A DNA stretch of 64,000 nucleotides. It comes from an uncultured Spirochaetota bacterium. Its GTDB lineage: Bacteria > Spirochaetota > Spirochaetia > SZUA-6 > Fen-1364. Position 1 is the stretch's first letter, and each line of letters starts with the position of its first letter. The stretch spans positions 98,139-162,138 of the forward strand of contig CAWAHW010000004.1 of NCBI GenBank assembly GCA_963781885.1, in the 5' to 3' direction. The notes under the pieces were generated by a model. That model searched no databases. It saw nothing but the letters and a program-made list of their open reading frames with translations, and was not told the DNA's origin. Shown here piece after piece: positions 31,639-41,548 of the stretch. A program made the translations under genes and the position numbers.

Positions 31639-32600
31639 CGTCCCTCCCGAGCCGCCGGAGCGACAGCGCGTTGACGCCGACCACGATGATGAAGATCGCG
31701 CCGCGGACCATGTCCTGGGAGAAGGTATTGATGCCGATGAGCGTCATGATGTTGTTCAGGATCGCGATGATGAGCGATCCGCCGAGCACGCCCAGGATGG
31801 TGCCCCGTCCGCCGGCGAGGGTCATGCCCCCGATGACGATGGCCGTGACGGCCTTGAAATCGTAGCCGGCGCCGTTGTACCAGGCGCCCACGCGCGCCAG
31901 GGAGGTGACCGCCAGACCGGGCAATGGTCGCCGTGAAGGCGGCGAAAACGAACGAAATCATGACGGCGCGCTCGACGGCAATGCCGGACAGCTTCGCGGC
32001 GCGTATCGACGAGCCCGTCATCTTGAGCTTGACGCCGAACGACGTGCGCGTCAGCACGAACTGACCCACCACGACCAGAACGAGCAGGATGACGAGCGGC
32101 AGGCCGATGAGGTTGAAGAAGCGGAGACGGTAGATGCTGTCGAAAAGGGCCACCGCGTGCTGCTCGGAGCCCACCATGTCGGGGTAGATCTGCTTGTTCA
32201 CCCACACCAGGCGGATGACGCCCATCGTCACGTAGTTCACCGCGAGGGTCCAGATGATGGGGTTGGCCTTGAACTTGCCGACCACGAAACCGTTGACGAT
32301 GCCGATGAGCAGGCCGACCGCCAGGGAACCGACGATGGCAACCACGAAGCCGTAGCGGAGGAGCTCGATGCAGATGTAACCGGTGAAACCCATCGTCGTC
32401 GGCGCCGACATGTCGGCGTAGTTGCCCGAATACGTCACGAAGGCCATGCCCACGGCCACGATGCCGACGAGCGCCGCGGCATCGACGATGTTGAGCATGT
32501 TCTTGGCGGACAGGAAGTTCCCAATGGCGCCGGTGGCCTGGAGCAGCGCGCCCAGGATGAGGAAGAGAAGCGCGATGCCATACACGCCCGCCGTGTTCAT
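31631..32600 (-). CDS. Monosaccharide ABC permease (RbsC-like), frameshift near 31925
   Basis: GMAFV...DMSAP; continues as GLAVTSLAR...AIVIGGMTLAGGRG; start approximate. Confidence 0.82.
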
Positions 32601-32643
32601 GATGGCTCGAGAAGGGATCCCGTCCGGAGGGTGCGCGCGTCGC

Positions 32644-34168
32644 TCACCGGCAGGCCCCGCGACTGGTGTCGCCATTGGCGGCAAGGAGGAGGCTCTCCTC
32701 GCTGCATTCGCTGTAGAGCACCTCGCGGATGAAGTGGCCCTTGCGCATGATCATCACCCGGTCGGAGAGGCCGACGAGCTCCGGCAGGTCAGAGGAGATG
32801 AGGATGACGGTGCAGCCTTCACGCGCGAGCTTCTCGATCGAGGCGTGGATGGTCATCTTGGCGCCGATATCCACTCCCCGCGTCGGCTCGTCGAGGATGA
32901 GGACCTTGGGCTCGCTCGCCAGCCACTTGGCAAGGAGGACCTTCTGCTGGTTGCCCCCCGAGAGGTTCGCCGACCGGCCGCGACGGAACCGGCGGGTAGA
33001 TGGAGAGCTCGCCGATGAGCCGGTCCACCGCCGGCTTGCCGCGCGCCTTGGAGAAGACCGCGGCACGGGAAAGCCTGTCGACGATCGCCGAGAGGATATT
33101 GTCGTCAACGGGGAGCCTGATGGCGAGACCTTCCGTCTTGCGGTCCTCCGTGAGGTAGGAGATGCCCTGCGCGAGGTAGTCGGCCATGCTCGACCCGCGC
33201 ACGCGCGCACCGTCGAGCTCGATCGAGCCCTCGTCCGCGCGGTCCAGCCCGGCAAGCACTTTCGCAAGCTCGGTGCGCCCGGCGCCCGACAGCCCGCAGA
33301 TGCCGAGGATCTCGCCGCGCCGCGCCTCGAAGCCGACCTCGTGGAAGAACCCGAACCGGGACAGCCCCTTGACGCGGAGTCGCACATCCCCGATGGGGCG
33401 CGCCTCTCGCTTGTAGAACTCCTTCACCGACCGGCCCACCATCATCTGCACGATCTCCTCGTGGCTCGCTTCCCCGATGGGCACGGTCGCGATTTTTTTC
33501 CCGTCCCGCATGACCGTGACCCGGTCCGCGATCTGGAAGATCTCGGGAAGATGGTGGGAGATGTAGACGATCGCGATCCCGCGGTGCTTCAGGTCGCCGA
33601 TGATGGCGAAGAGCCGGTCCACCTCCTCGCGGGAGAGGGCGCTCGTCGGCTCGTCCATCACGAGGATGGAAGGCTTGTTCCCGAGCACCTTCGCGATCTC
33701 GACGAGCTGGGCCTCGTGCTGGCTGATATCCTCAATCGGAAGATTCGGGTCGAGGTCGAGACCCACGGAGGCCAGGAGCTCCCGGGCCTGGGCCCGGGCG
33801 CGGGCCTTGTCGAGGAAGAGACCCCGGCGCGGCAGCCGGCCCGCCAGGAGATTCTCCGCGATGCTGATGGGCCGCGCGAGACTGAGCTCCTGGTAGATCA
33901 TGCCAATGCCGTGGCGCTTGGCGAGCGTCGGGGAGTGGAGCAGGGCGACCCTGCCTGCAATTGCGATCTCGCCCGTGTAGTCATCGAAGGAGCCGGCGAG
34001 CATCTTCATCAGCGTCGACTTGCCCGCGCCGTTCTCTCCGACCAGGGCGTGGACCTCGCCGGCCCGAACGTCGAAGCTCACGTCGTCGACGGCGATGGTG
34101 CCGGGGAAGCGCTTGCCCACGTGTCTCATCTCGAGCGCCAGCCCGGACGGCGATTCGCTCACTCTCAC
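32644..34168 (-). CDS. Monosaccharide ABC ATP-binding protein (RbsA/MglA-like), frameshift near 32975
   Basis: GENGAGKST, MDEPT, TEDRK, LSGGNQQKV, DEPTRGVDIGAK. Confidence 0.9.
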
Positions 34169-34268
34169 TCTCCTTGAAGGGGACGCGGACGCGCCGCGCC
34201 CCCGGGGTCGGGGGATTGGTGGAGCAATCCTACGCCGCGTCAGCCGGACGTCGCAACAACAAAAACTT

Positions 34269-36008
34269 TCACTTTTGCTTCAAAGAATGCACGGGCTCGT
34301 CATCGCGGCAGGCCTTCGCCTTCGATTCTGATGGATAGTAGCCCTTGTATTTCTTGAACAGCGTGTAGAAGTAATTCACGTTCGTGTAGCCGATGCGCGC
34401 CGCGATGTCGCTCGCCTTGAGCGACGTGTAGCGCAGGAGATCCTCCGCCTTGCGGATGCGCAGCTCGTTGAGATAGGTGGCAAAGGGCTTGCCCACCGCC
34501 GTGTGGAACTGCCGTCCGAGGTAGGGGGCGGAGATGCCGAACTGCGCCGCGAGGATCTTCAGGGACAGCGGCTCGGCGTAGTTGCGCGTGACGTAGCGGA
34601 TGATGCGCACGATCGGCGTCTCGGCCTGCCGCGCGCGCGCGAGGGCGCGAATGGCCTCCTTCGCCATGCTCATCATCCACTCCAGCGCGCGCCGCGGCGT
34701 CTTCTGGTTGAAGAGGTTCTTGTAGAGGCTCTCGTAGTCGCTGAGGAGCGCCTGCTCGTCCAGGTCGTTCAACTTCAGCACGTGGATGAGCGCGGAGAGA
34801 ACCTCGATGGAAAAGCCGCTGAAGAACTCGGGGGTGACGAGCTCGGCCGAAAGCAGGCTTTGGTAGGAGTCCTCGAAGAATCGCTCCACCTCCTCCTCGC
34901 TGCCGGCCACGACGGCGCGCGTCAGGCTCTCGATGGAGACCGTGGAAAAGACGGGTTTCTTGGAGATGAAGTCGTCCACGTTCTCACGGGTGATGATGTG
35001 CTTGGGCAGGTAGTTGATGGGCTGCACGTCCAGGCCGCTGAACCAGTCGACGGCGATCTTCATTGCCAGCGCGCCGTCGGCCTGCGCGGGTTGGAACGTG
35101 ATGGCGTGCAGGCGGCCGGCCTTCACGTGGCTCATGCCCGTATGGGTCGATCCCGCTCCGACGCGCACGATATCCTCGCGCCCGGCCGCGCGCAGGGCCT
35201 CATTGATCCCCCCCATGGCAATGTCGTCGTCGGGCCCCACGATGCCCCGTAGCTCGGCGCCGAACTGATGCAGCCAGCCCGTCACGAGCTGCGCCGCCAG
35301 GGCCGGATCGAATGTCCCCTCCCGGCTGCCCTCACCCATGGCGAGGCAGCGCATACGGGGCGCCACGGCGGCGAGCTCCGTGACGATCGACCACGTGCGC
35401 GCCTCGTAGCACGAGCTGCCCGGCATGTGGCGCACGATGGCGTAGCCGCCCTGGTGGCGCAGCCTCTCCGCGAAGCTGCGCGCGAGCATCCGATACTGCC
35501 CCCAGTCGTCGGGCCCGCACCAGGCGAGGATGAATCGGTACGCCTCCTCGTCGGGGATGAAATTGCTCACGATGACGGGGATGGCGCGCGCGTGCAGCTG
35601 CTGAACCCAGCGCGTGCAGGCTCCGGAGCTGATGGGAACGAGGATCACGAGGTCCGTCTTCTCCGCGATGGCCCGCTGCACCTGCTCGTCCTGGCTCTCC
35701 ATCGTCATTGCCCCGGCCAACGTGCGGAGATCCACGCCTGCCCGTTCGGCGATGCGGGTGAGGCCCTCCGCGAAGGCGACATGATAGGGATGCAGACCGG
35801 GCTGGAGGAACGTGACCCGCTTGCCCCGGGCTCCATCTCCGAGGGATTCCGGAATGCCGCACTTCTGGATGCCCCACCCGGCGTACTCCTTGTCGTACCA
35901 ATGCCGCGCGTCGGTTTTCGGGTACTGGGACGGGTTGCGTGGACGCGGGGGGACGTCCTTCTGCCGCGTATTCCACGATATGAGGAGCCGGTCGCTGCTT
36001 GAGAACAT
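34269..36008 (-). CDS. AraC-family regulator with periplasmic-binding-protein-like sensor domain
   Basis: C-terminal YLGRQFH...YLNELRIRKAEDLL...GYTNVNYFYTLFKK; N-terminus aligns by eye to the SBP at 29299-30504. Confidence 0.88.
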   Translation of the reverse strand: MFSSSDRLLISWNTRQKDVPPRPRNPSQYPKTDARHWYDKEYAGWGIQKCGIPESLGDGARGKRVTFLQPGLHPYHVAFAEGLTRIAERAGVDLRTLAGAMTMESQDEQVQRAIAEKTDLVILVPISSGACTRWVQQLHARAIPVIVSNFIPDEEAYRFILAWCGPDDWGQYRMLARSFAERLRHQGGYAIVRHMPGSSCYEARTWSIVTELAAVAPRMRCLAMGEGSREGTFDPALAAQLVTGWLHQFGAELRGIVGPDDDIAMGGINEALRAAGREDIVRVGAGSTHTGMSHVKAGRLHAITFQPAQADGALAMKIAVDWFSGLDVQPINYLPKHIITRENVDDFISKKPVFSTVSIESLTRAVVAGSEEEVERFFEDSYQSLLSAELVTPEFFSGFSIEVLSALIHVLKLNDLDEQALLSDYESLYKNLFNQKTPRRALEWMMSMAKEAIRALARARQAETPIVRIIRYVTRNYAEPLSLKILAAQFGISAPYLGRQFHTAVGKPFATYLNELRIRKAEDLLRYTSLKASDIAARIGYTNVNYFYTLFKKYKGYYPSESKAKACRDDEPVHSLKQK

Positions 36009-36346
36009 TGACTATGATGGATGATAGCGGAAGCCGCGGGAGCGCGCAATCGCGGCGGGTGCCGTCCGCGCGACCGGGCCCCGCCGGGGGGCAATACCTC
36101 GCCGGCGCGCTTGTCCCGCGTCGATTCCAGGGTCTGGCCGGCGTCGTGCTTGTTCCCCGCCCAGTCTTGGAGAAAACCAGGATCGTTTGGGCGATTGCTT
36201 CGGCAGGCTCATCGACATATCCGTGCGCATGCGTCTGGCGCTCAAGCGAGGATGTCGGTCTCCGTGAGCTCGCGCAACGGCGCGTCGACGGGATTTCGCC
36301 GCCGCCCCCAACGCCGATATGGCATTTGAAGCGTCATTTCTATAAG

Positions 36347-36448
36347 CCTTCAGCGAGCATCGGCGGAGAAGCTTTTCTTGCCGTCATGAATGGTACCCGT
36401 CGTGCCTTGGGGCCGGCATCAGGCGCAAGCACGTGGCCAAATAAAAAA
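36347..36448. repeat. Direct repeat of the 5S downstream flank (copy of 49246-49359)
   Basis: GAAGCTTTTCTTGCCGTCATGAATGGTACCC...GCGCAAGCACGTGGCCAAATAAAAAA present at both sites. Confidence 0.9.
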
Positions 36449-36558
36449 GCCTGGCAACGACCTACTCTCCCACCTCAAGTAGCACCATCGGCGTGGCAGG
36501 GCTTAACTTCCGTGTTCGGGATGGGAAGGGGTGGAACCCCTGCGCCATGTCACCAGGC
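36449..36558 (-). rRNA. rrf: Orphan, diverged 5S rRNA copy (possible pseudogene)
   Basis: Full-length alignment to the 5S at 49360-49474 with several substitutions and a net 5-nt deletion. Confidence 0.75.
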
Positions 36559-36907
36559 AATATTCACACGAGGGATAGGGCCTTTTCGCTGTCCTGCGCG
36601 CCACGCAATTGCGCCCCTTTCGGGTCGCAAGGTGTCGCTGGGCCAGCTGGCGGGCTGCGCACTTTTGCCGGGCAAAAGTGCTGGGGAAAGAAGTGAATGA
36701 ATGTCACGGATGAGGGGAGTGCCCCTCGAGCGGACTAGCGGTGCGTCGCTCCACGCCGTCTTGCTCAAACAGCGCGTGGGCTATCTTCATCACTGATCAC
36801 ATTCTCAAGCAACGACGACTGCCACAGCCGATCCAGAGGAAGGCGAACGCGGATTCAATTCTCGAGAAGATCCGACAACCTCCTCAAGCTGTCTCGGAGT
36901 CGTGACA

Positions 36908-38716
36908 CTAGTTCCAGATCCGTGCCACGAAGCCTGCGCTGTGAGTGGTTCCATCGTTGTATTGGTCGAAGAACCCACCCAACAGGATCCTGCCGTCACT
37001 TTGAACGGCACTGGACCAGACACTGGTAGCCTGGCCGGCATAGTTGAACCCACTGCCAGGGCTGAACGTGGCGTCGAAGCTTCCGCTGGCATTCAGGCGC
37101 GCAGCTTGACCGACAGGATGGTCGGTACCATCGCTGTAGCCGGTGAAAGCACCGCCAATGACGATCTTGCCGTCCGTTGGCTGCACGGCGATCGTATAGA
37201 CGACGTCATTTGCTCCCGTGTGGCCTGAGTTGAAGGAGGTGTCGAGGCTGCCGTTGGCGTTCAATCGTGCTATACGGCCACTACAGCTCGTCCCGTTGTA
37301 GGTCGTGAACCATCCGCCCAGGAGGATCTTGCTATCGCTGGGCTGCAGGGCAATCACGTAGACCGTGGCGTTGGCTCCGGTGCCACCAGAATTGAAGGTA
37401 GTGTCGAGGCTGCCGTCGGCATTCAGGCGCGCCAGCCAGCCGACAGTGTGATCGGTGCCGTCGTTATAGCTGCTGAAGGCACCCCCTATGAGGATCTGGC
37501 CATTGCCCAGCACTTGAATCGAATTGACCGTGCTATTGGCTCCCGTGCCACCGGAATTGAAGGAAGTGTCGAGGCTTCCGTCGGCGTTCAGCCGCGCCAG
37601 ATGGCCGACGGTGTGATCGGTGCCGTCGTTGTAGCCGGTGAAAATACCGCCGAGGAGGATCTTGCCGTCCGCGGGCTGCAGGGCGATCGTCTCCACGTTG
37701 TTGCCAGGTCCCGTGCCGCCTGAGTTGAACGAGACATCGGGGCTGCCATTGGTGTTCAGCCGCGCTAGAGCTGGACTCCCGGTACGACAACCAACAAGGA
37801 TCTTGCCATCGTCCTGGACGGCAGATGAATCGAACCATGGCATCTTATCCGGCCAATTGGAAGAAGAATCAAACGAAGTGTCGTAGCTGCCGTCCGCGTT
37901 CACTCGAACAACACCGTTGCCAAGGTGCGTTCCGGTACTGTCTGTATAGCCGTAAAGCAGCCCACTGAAAATCAATTTGCCATCGCTCTGTATGACAATC
38001 GAAGATACATAATTGTTCGCCGTACCCAGGGAGGTATCCAGCATTCCCGGGTCGTTTTTAACCAGGACGGTTGCAGAAGCGACGGATGAGTCGCTCATCC
38101 CGGATTTCACCGCGCAGGCCTTGATCGTCTTCCAACTCCCTTTCCCGTTCACCAGGACCGGCAAGGAGCTCTGAAATACGGGTGACGAAGCCGAAGGCGT
38201 TGAGCCATCAGTAGTATAGTGGATGACCGCTCCCCCGGTAGTGTCGTTGATCGTGACAGACTGATCGGTGGTATATACGCCGGAGCCGGGAAAGATGGAC
38301 GGTGTGGAGACCTGGATGTAGTTGATTTTGTAGGTTGCACTTCCCACCCCGCTGGTCTTCATCCCTGTCGCGGCCGCAATCGCCTTGATGGTCTTTACGG
38401 TCCGATCGCTTGCCACCAGGATCGGTGCGCTGTAGAGCGTGGAGGATGTCGTTGGCGTACTGCCGTCCGTCGTGTAGTAAATGGAAGCCCCCGCCAAGGA
38501 GCATGACAGCCCCACCGTGAAGTCTACGGTTGAGACATACTGCCCGCTCGCATCCGCGGTCGGGGTGAACGTGGGGGTGGCCACAGTCTGCTGCAGCCGC
38601 TCCTGCAGGTCGTTCAGCAGTGAATTGGGGTTGCAGGAGAGAAGCATGACGACTGCCGCCGAGAGAGCCAAAGAAAAGGCCGGGACCCCTTTTCGATACC
38701 GCGCCATCCTGCCCAT
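36908..38716 (-). CDS. Surface lipoprotein: two chitobiase/Fn3-associated domains plus Delta-60 beta-propeller repeats
   Basis: Lipobox LLSC; ATPTF...IYYTTDGSTPT twice; repeated Q.DGKIL.GG.F...ARLNADGSLDTSF. Confidence 0.85.
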   Translation of the reverse strand: MGRMARYRKGVPAFSLALSAAVVMLLSCNPNSLLNDLQERLQQTVATPTFTPTADASGQYVSTVDFTVGLSCSLAGASIYYTTDGSTPTTSSTLYSAPILVASDRTVKTIKAIAAATGMKTSGVGSATYKINYIQVSTPSIFPGSGVYTTDQSVTINDTTGGAVIHYTTDGSTPSASSPVFQSSLPVLVNGKGSWKTIKACAVKSGMSDSSVASATVLVKNDPGMLDTSLGTANNYVSSIVIQSDGKLIFSGLLYGYTDSTGTHLGNGVVRVNADGSYDTSFDSSSNWPDKMPWFDSSAVQDDGKILVGCRTGSPALARLNTNGSPDVSFNSGGTGPGNNVETIALQPADGKILLGGIFTGYNDGTDHTVGHLARLNADGSLDTSFNSGGTGANSTVNSIQVLGNGQILIGGAFSSYNDGTDHTVGWLARLNADGSLDTTFNSGGTGANATVYVIALQPSDSKILLGGWFTTYNGTSCSGRIARLNANGSLDTSFNSGHTGANDVVYTIAVQPTDGKIVIGGAFTGYSDGTDHPVGQAARLNASGSFDATFSPGSGFNYAGQATSVWSSAVQSDGRILLGGFFDQYNDGTTHSAGFVARIWN

Positions 38717-38733
38717 TTTCCACCCTTCCTTCT

Positions 38734-40860
38734 TCATTCCGATTCCCAAAGTACGGCCGCCTCTTCGCTCTGGCTGTCCGCCGCGCGCGTCGCATCGACC
38801 CTGGACGCCTGGAGGTCTGTGTACTGCGAGGCAAGCGTCGGATCGATGGCCTTCAGCTCGTCGAAGCTTTTTTGTGCCCCCGCCTGATCCTTCAGTTGTC
38901 GATCCACCCGGATGAGTGCGATCAGCGCGTGCGCGCTCTGCGGATCCAGCTGGCTGGCCTGCTGGTAGCAGCCCAGCGCGTTCCGCCAGTCCGCCTTCTG
39001 GAAGTAGAGGTTCCCCAGATTGAGAAGCGAGGGAAGATAGGCCTTCTGGGCGAGAACCTGCCTGAGCACCGCCTCGGCCTTGTCCCCCTGGCCGCACTTG
39101 GCGTAGAGCACTGCAATCTTGTTCATGACCGCGAGGTTCGAGCCCCCCTGCGTCTGGCCCTGGAGTTGGGCCACCCTGTCGCCCAGCACACCATCGACGT
39201 ATTTCTGCGTCTCGGCAAGGTACGCCTGAAGGACCTGCTCAGACTCGGGGATGGCGATTGTCGTCCCCGTCCCCGGAAGCCCCACCGACTGGTACGCTTT
39301 CCACGCCTCCTGGACGGGATAGAACCCCGCCTGACCGGTGGCGTTGTTGTCGTTCCACTCCTGGGCCCCGAGCTCCCAAGCCCTCATGAATCCCTGGTGC
39401 CTTATCGTGATCTCCACCGGGATCCATACGTGCCCGCCCTGGGAAATGTATTGCTCCCGGCTGATCAGTGCGTCCTCGGCCTGATCGGGTGTGAGCTTGG
39501 TATCCACCGCGACGAAGATGTGCCCCGGGATGGTGATAAAGGCGGCATCGATGCCCACCGCCTGGAGCAGCGAGCTGTACAGGATAGAAATGTCGCTGCA
39601 GTCTCCTGCCCGATACTGGAAGGTCTCCCGCGGGAACTGGAGGAAGTCCACCGCATACTTCTGCTTGGAGGCCTCCGAATACGGGGTGATCGGGTTGGCG
39701 GTGTAGTTCAGGCCGTAGAGATCAAGGGCCTCGTGCAGCGCGACGGCCGCCACGAGGCTGCTGTTGATCGAGCGTTTCTCCCTGGCACGAACGTAGCTGG
39801 TGACCGTTCGCGCGAAGTTAAGGACCTGGGGCTCCTTGGCCGTGACATAGGCGGCAGCCTTGCGGTTGTCGTCCCACGTCATAGCGTTTCTTCCATAGAG
39901 GGTCAGCGTGGCCACTTGCTTGTCCGTGTAGCTCTGCCCCTCAACCGAGAAGGTGAGGCCCACCTCCGCGGCTACCTTGGTCCCCTCAGTGATCTCAAGG
40001 ACCTTGTCGGTGAAAAGTGCGTAGAGGGATATTTCCTTTGTCTCTCCCGGGGAAAGCGTTCCGGGAATGGCGACGGTCTTTGGTGCGTCCATGTACTGAC
40101 GGATGTACACCTGGGCGGTCAGGTTCGTGGCGGGGGACTTGAGGCTGCTCTTGATCTGAAGGGTCCCCAAGGGGTGATCGTCGTAGTACTTGTAGAAGAG
40201 AGGGAACGCGGGCTGCAGGTTGATCGATTGTACATCGACCCTCCCGCCGAGGTTCCCCAGGGCGACGTCGATCCCCGCCATGACGTTCAGGCCCTGGTAG
40301 AGTCCCACGTAGTAGGCATACCGAGCACCGACGCTTAGTCCTAACCCCGAGGCGAGAGAAAACCTGACCCCAAAGCCACCGGCGATGTAGGGGTCCCAAG
40401 CGGCCGCGGAGAAGTCATTGTACGTTGCCACGTAGTAGCCGCCCTCCGCGAAGGCGAAGGGGGAGAAGATGTCTCCAATCGGGATTTGGATCTCCACACC
40501 CAGGCGGGCCGTGGCAAAAGAGAGACTTGGGGCCTGAGTCGACGCCGCGGCCGCATACTTGTACTGCAGGCCGCCCAGGACCGCGAAGATCGAGTGAGGG
40601 AAGCTGTACTTCAGCCCGACGTCTCCGGTGACGCCAAAGCCGAAGGAAGTGGTGGCGGGGTTGCCTGGGTTCTGGATGTCTCCCATGGGAATATCGAAGG
40701 CCGGCATCAACTCCAGGGAAAGAGGCGAAGGGATCTGGGCGATTGTGCTCGTGACGACGGCCCCTGGGGGGGTGTTTTGCGCGGTGACCGTGCACGGGTT
40801 CATGAGCAAAAAAAGGAGTAGCGGCGCACAGAGTTGAAGGACACCCTTGACCTTTTTCAT
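38734..40860 (-). CDS. Exported protein: putative OM beta-barrel + Ig-like + transglutaminase-like + TPR (paralogue 1)
   Basis: Signal peptide; alternating aromatic/Gly strands; WDDNRKAA; GDCSDISILYSSLL..VG....IPGH; WIPVEIT; C-terminal TPRs. Confidence 0.7.
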   Translation of the reverse strand: MKKVKGVLQLCAPLLLFLLMNPCTVTAQNTPPGAVVTSTIAQIPSPLSLELMPAFDIPMGDIQNPGNPATTSFGFGVTGDVGLKYSFPHSIFAVLGGLQYKYAAAASTQAPSLSFATARLGVEIQIPIGDIFSPFAFAEGGYYVATYNDFSAAAWDPYIAGGFGVRFSLASGLGLSVGARYAYYVGLYQGLNVMAGIDVALGNLGGRVDVQSINLQPAFPLFYKYYDDHPLGTLQIKSSLKSPATNLTAQVYIRQYMDAPKTVAIPGTLSPGETKEISLYALFTDKVLEITEGTKVAAEVGLTFSVEGQSYTDKQVATLTLYGRNAMTWDDNRKAAAYVTAKEPQVLNFARTVTSYVRAREKRSINSSLVAAVALHEALDLYGLNYTANPITPYSEASKQKYAVDFLQFPRETFQYRAGDCSDISILYSSLLQAVGIDAAFITIPGHIFVAVDTKLTPDQAEDALISREQYISQGGHVWIPVEITIRHQGFMRAWELGAQEWNDNNATGQAGFYPVQEAWKAYQSVGLPGTGTTIAIPESEQVLQAYLAETQKYVDGVLGDRVAQLQGQTQGGSNLAVMNKIAVLYAKCGQGDKAEAVLRQVLAQKAYLPSLLNLGNLYFQKADWRNALGCYQQASQLDPQSAHALIALIRVDRQLKDQAGAQKSFDELKAIDPTLASQYTDLQASRVDATRAADSQSEEAAVLWESE

Positions 40861-40978
40861 AACAGGCTCCTGCCGGCGTCGAACGTTTCTTTGATACTAC
40901 CATTCTAATTGGCAACGGGACAACCAGGAGAAGGACAGCCCGCGATGTGCGACGAAAAGTAACGAGGGCGCAAGCCTC

Positions 40979-41124
40979 ACCATCGGCGCGGCAGGGCTTG
41001 GGCATAAAAAAAGCCTGGCAACGACCTACTCTCCCACCCCGCGCCGCGGCGGTTCGCGGTGCGAACCGTTGTGGAGATTTGCGGCGCTACCATCGGCGAG
41101 CACGGGTTTGACTTCCGTGTTGGG
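40979..41124 (-). repeat. Cluster of 5S rRNA-derived fragments with a hairpin insertion
   Basis: 21-nt exact 5S segment 40979-40999; 25-nt exact 5S 3' end 41013-41037; diverged 5S mid-segment 41088-41124. Confidence 0.85.
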
Positions 41125-41548
41125 CGTGCCCCGCCCGAGGGCATGGCTTTAGCCGCGATGCCCAGCCCCACGGCGGGCGGGTCGCGTGCTGCGGGGGTTC
41201 CGTCCTCGCAACTCCACGGAGTACCGTGGAAGGCTCGGACCGCTTCGCGCCCCTCCGCCCGCTCACGCATTCCGTTGCTGCGCGCGGGCGGAATCGACGG
41301 CGTCGAACTGCGGGCAAGGCCCAGCTCGTTCGTGAAAGGCAAGGAGGAGGCGCTGCAGGTCTACACGGTGCCAAGCGCGAGCCTGTGCAGACCTGGGACT
41401 GGATTCCCGGCGGTTTCAGGCCGATCTCCGCGGCGGGCGCCGCCATGTTGTACGAAAATGAACCTTGATCTTTCAAATTCCCTCTGCTATGATCCTATTA
41501 TTCCCCCGTTGAGGGTCATTTCCGAATGTCTATTTGCAAGGAGTCTAT

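Noticed and set aside
36012-36340. Short ORFs or a possible gene remnant upstream of the AraC gene
   Set aside because: No recognisable motif, RBS or consistent frame.
37080-37720. Near-identical ~160-bp DNA repeats that could suggest a CRISPR array or DGR template
   Set aside because: They are in-frame Delta-60 protein repeats; there are no spacers, cas genes or reverse transcriptase.
36908-39097. 729-aa ORF call for the Delta-60 lipoprotein
   Set aside because: The N-terminal ~127 aa overlap the upstream TPR gene in another frame; the start with RBS and lipobox is at 38716.
41390-41425. Possible missing 5' half of the chimeric 5S (GGGACTGGATTCCCGGCGGTTTCAGGC)
   Set aside because: Similarity to the 5S 5' end is too weak to distinguish from chance.
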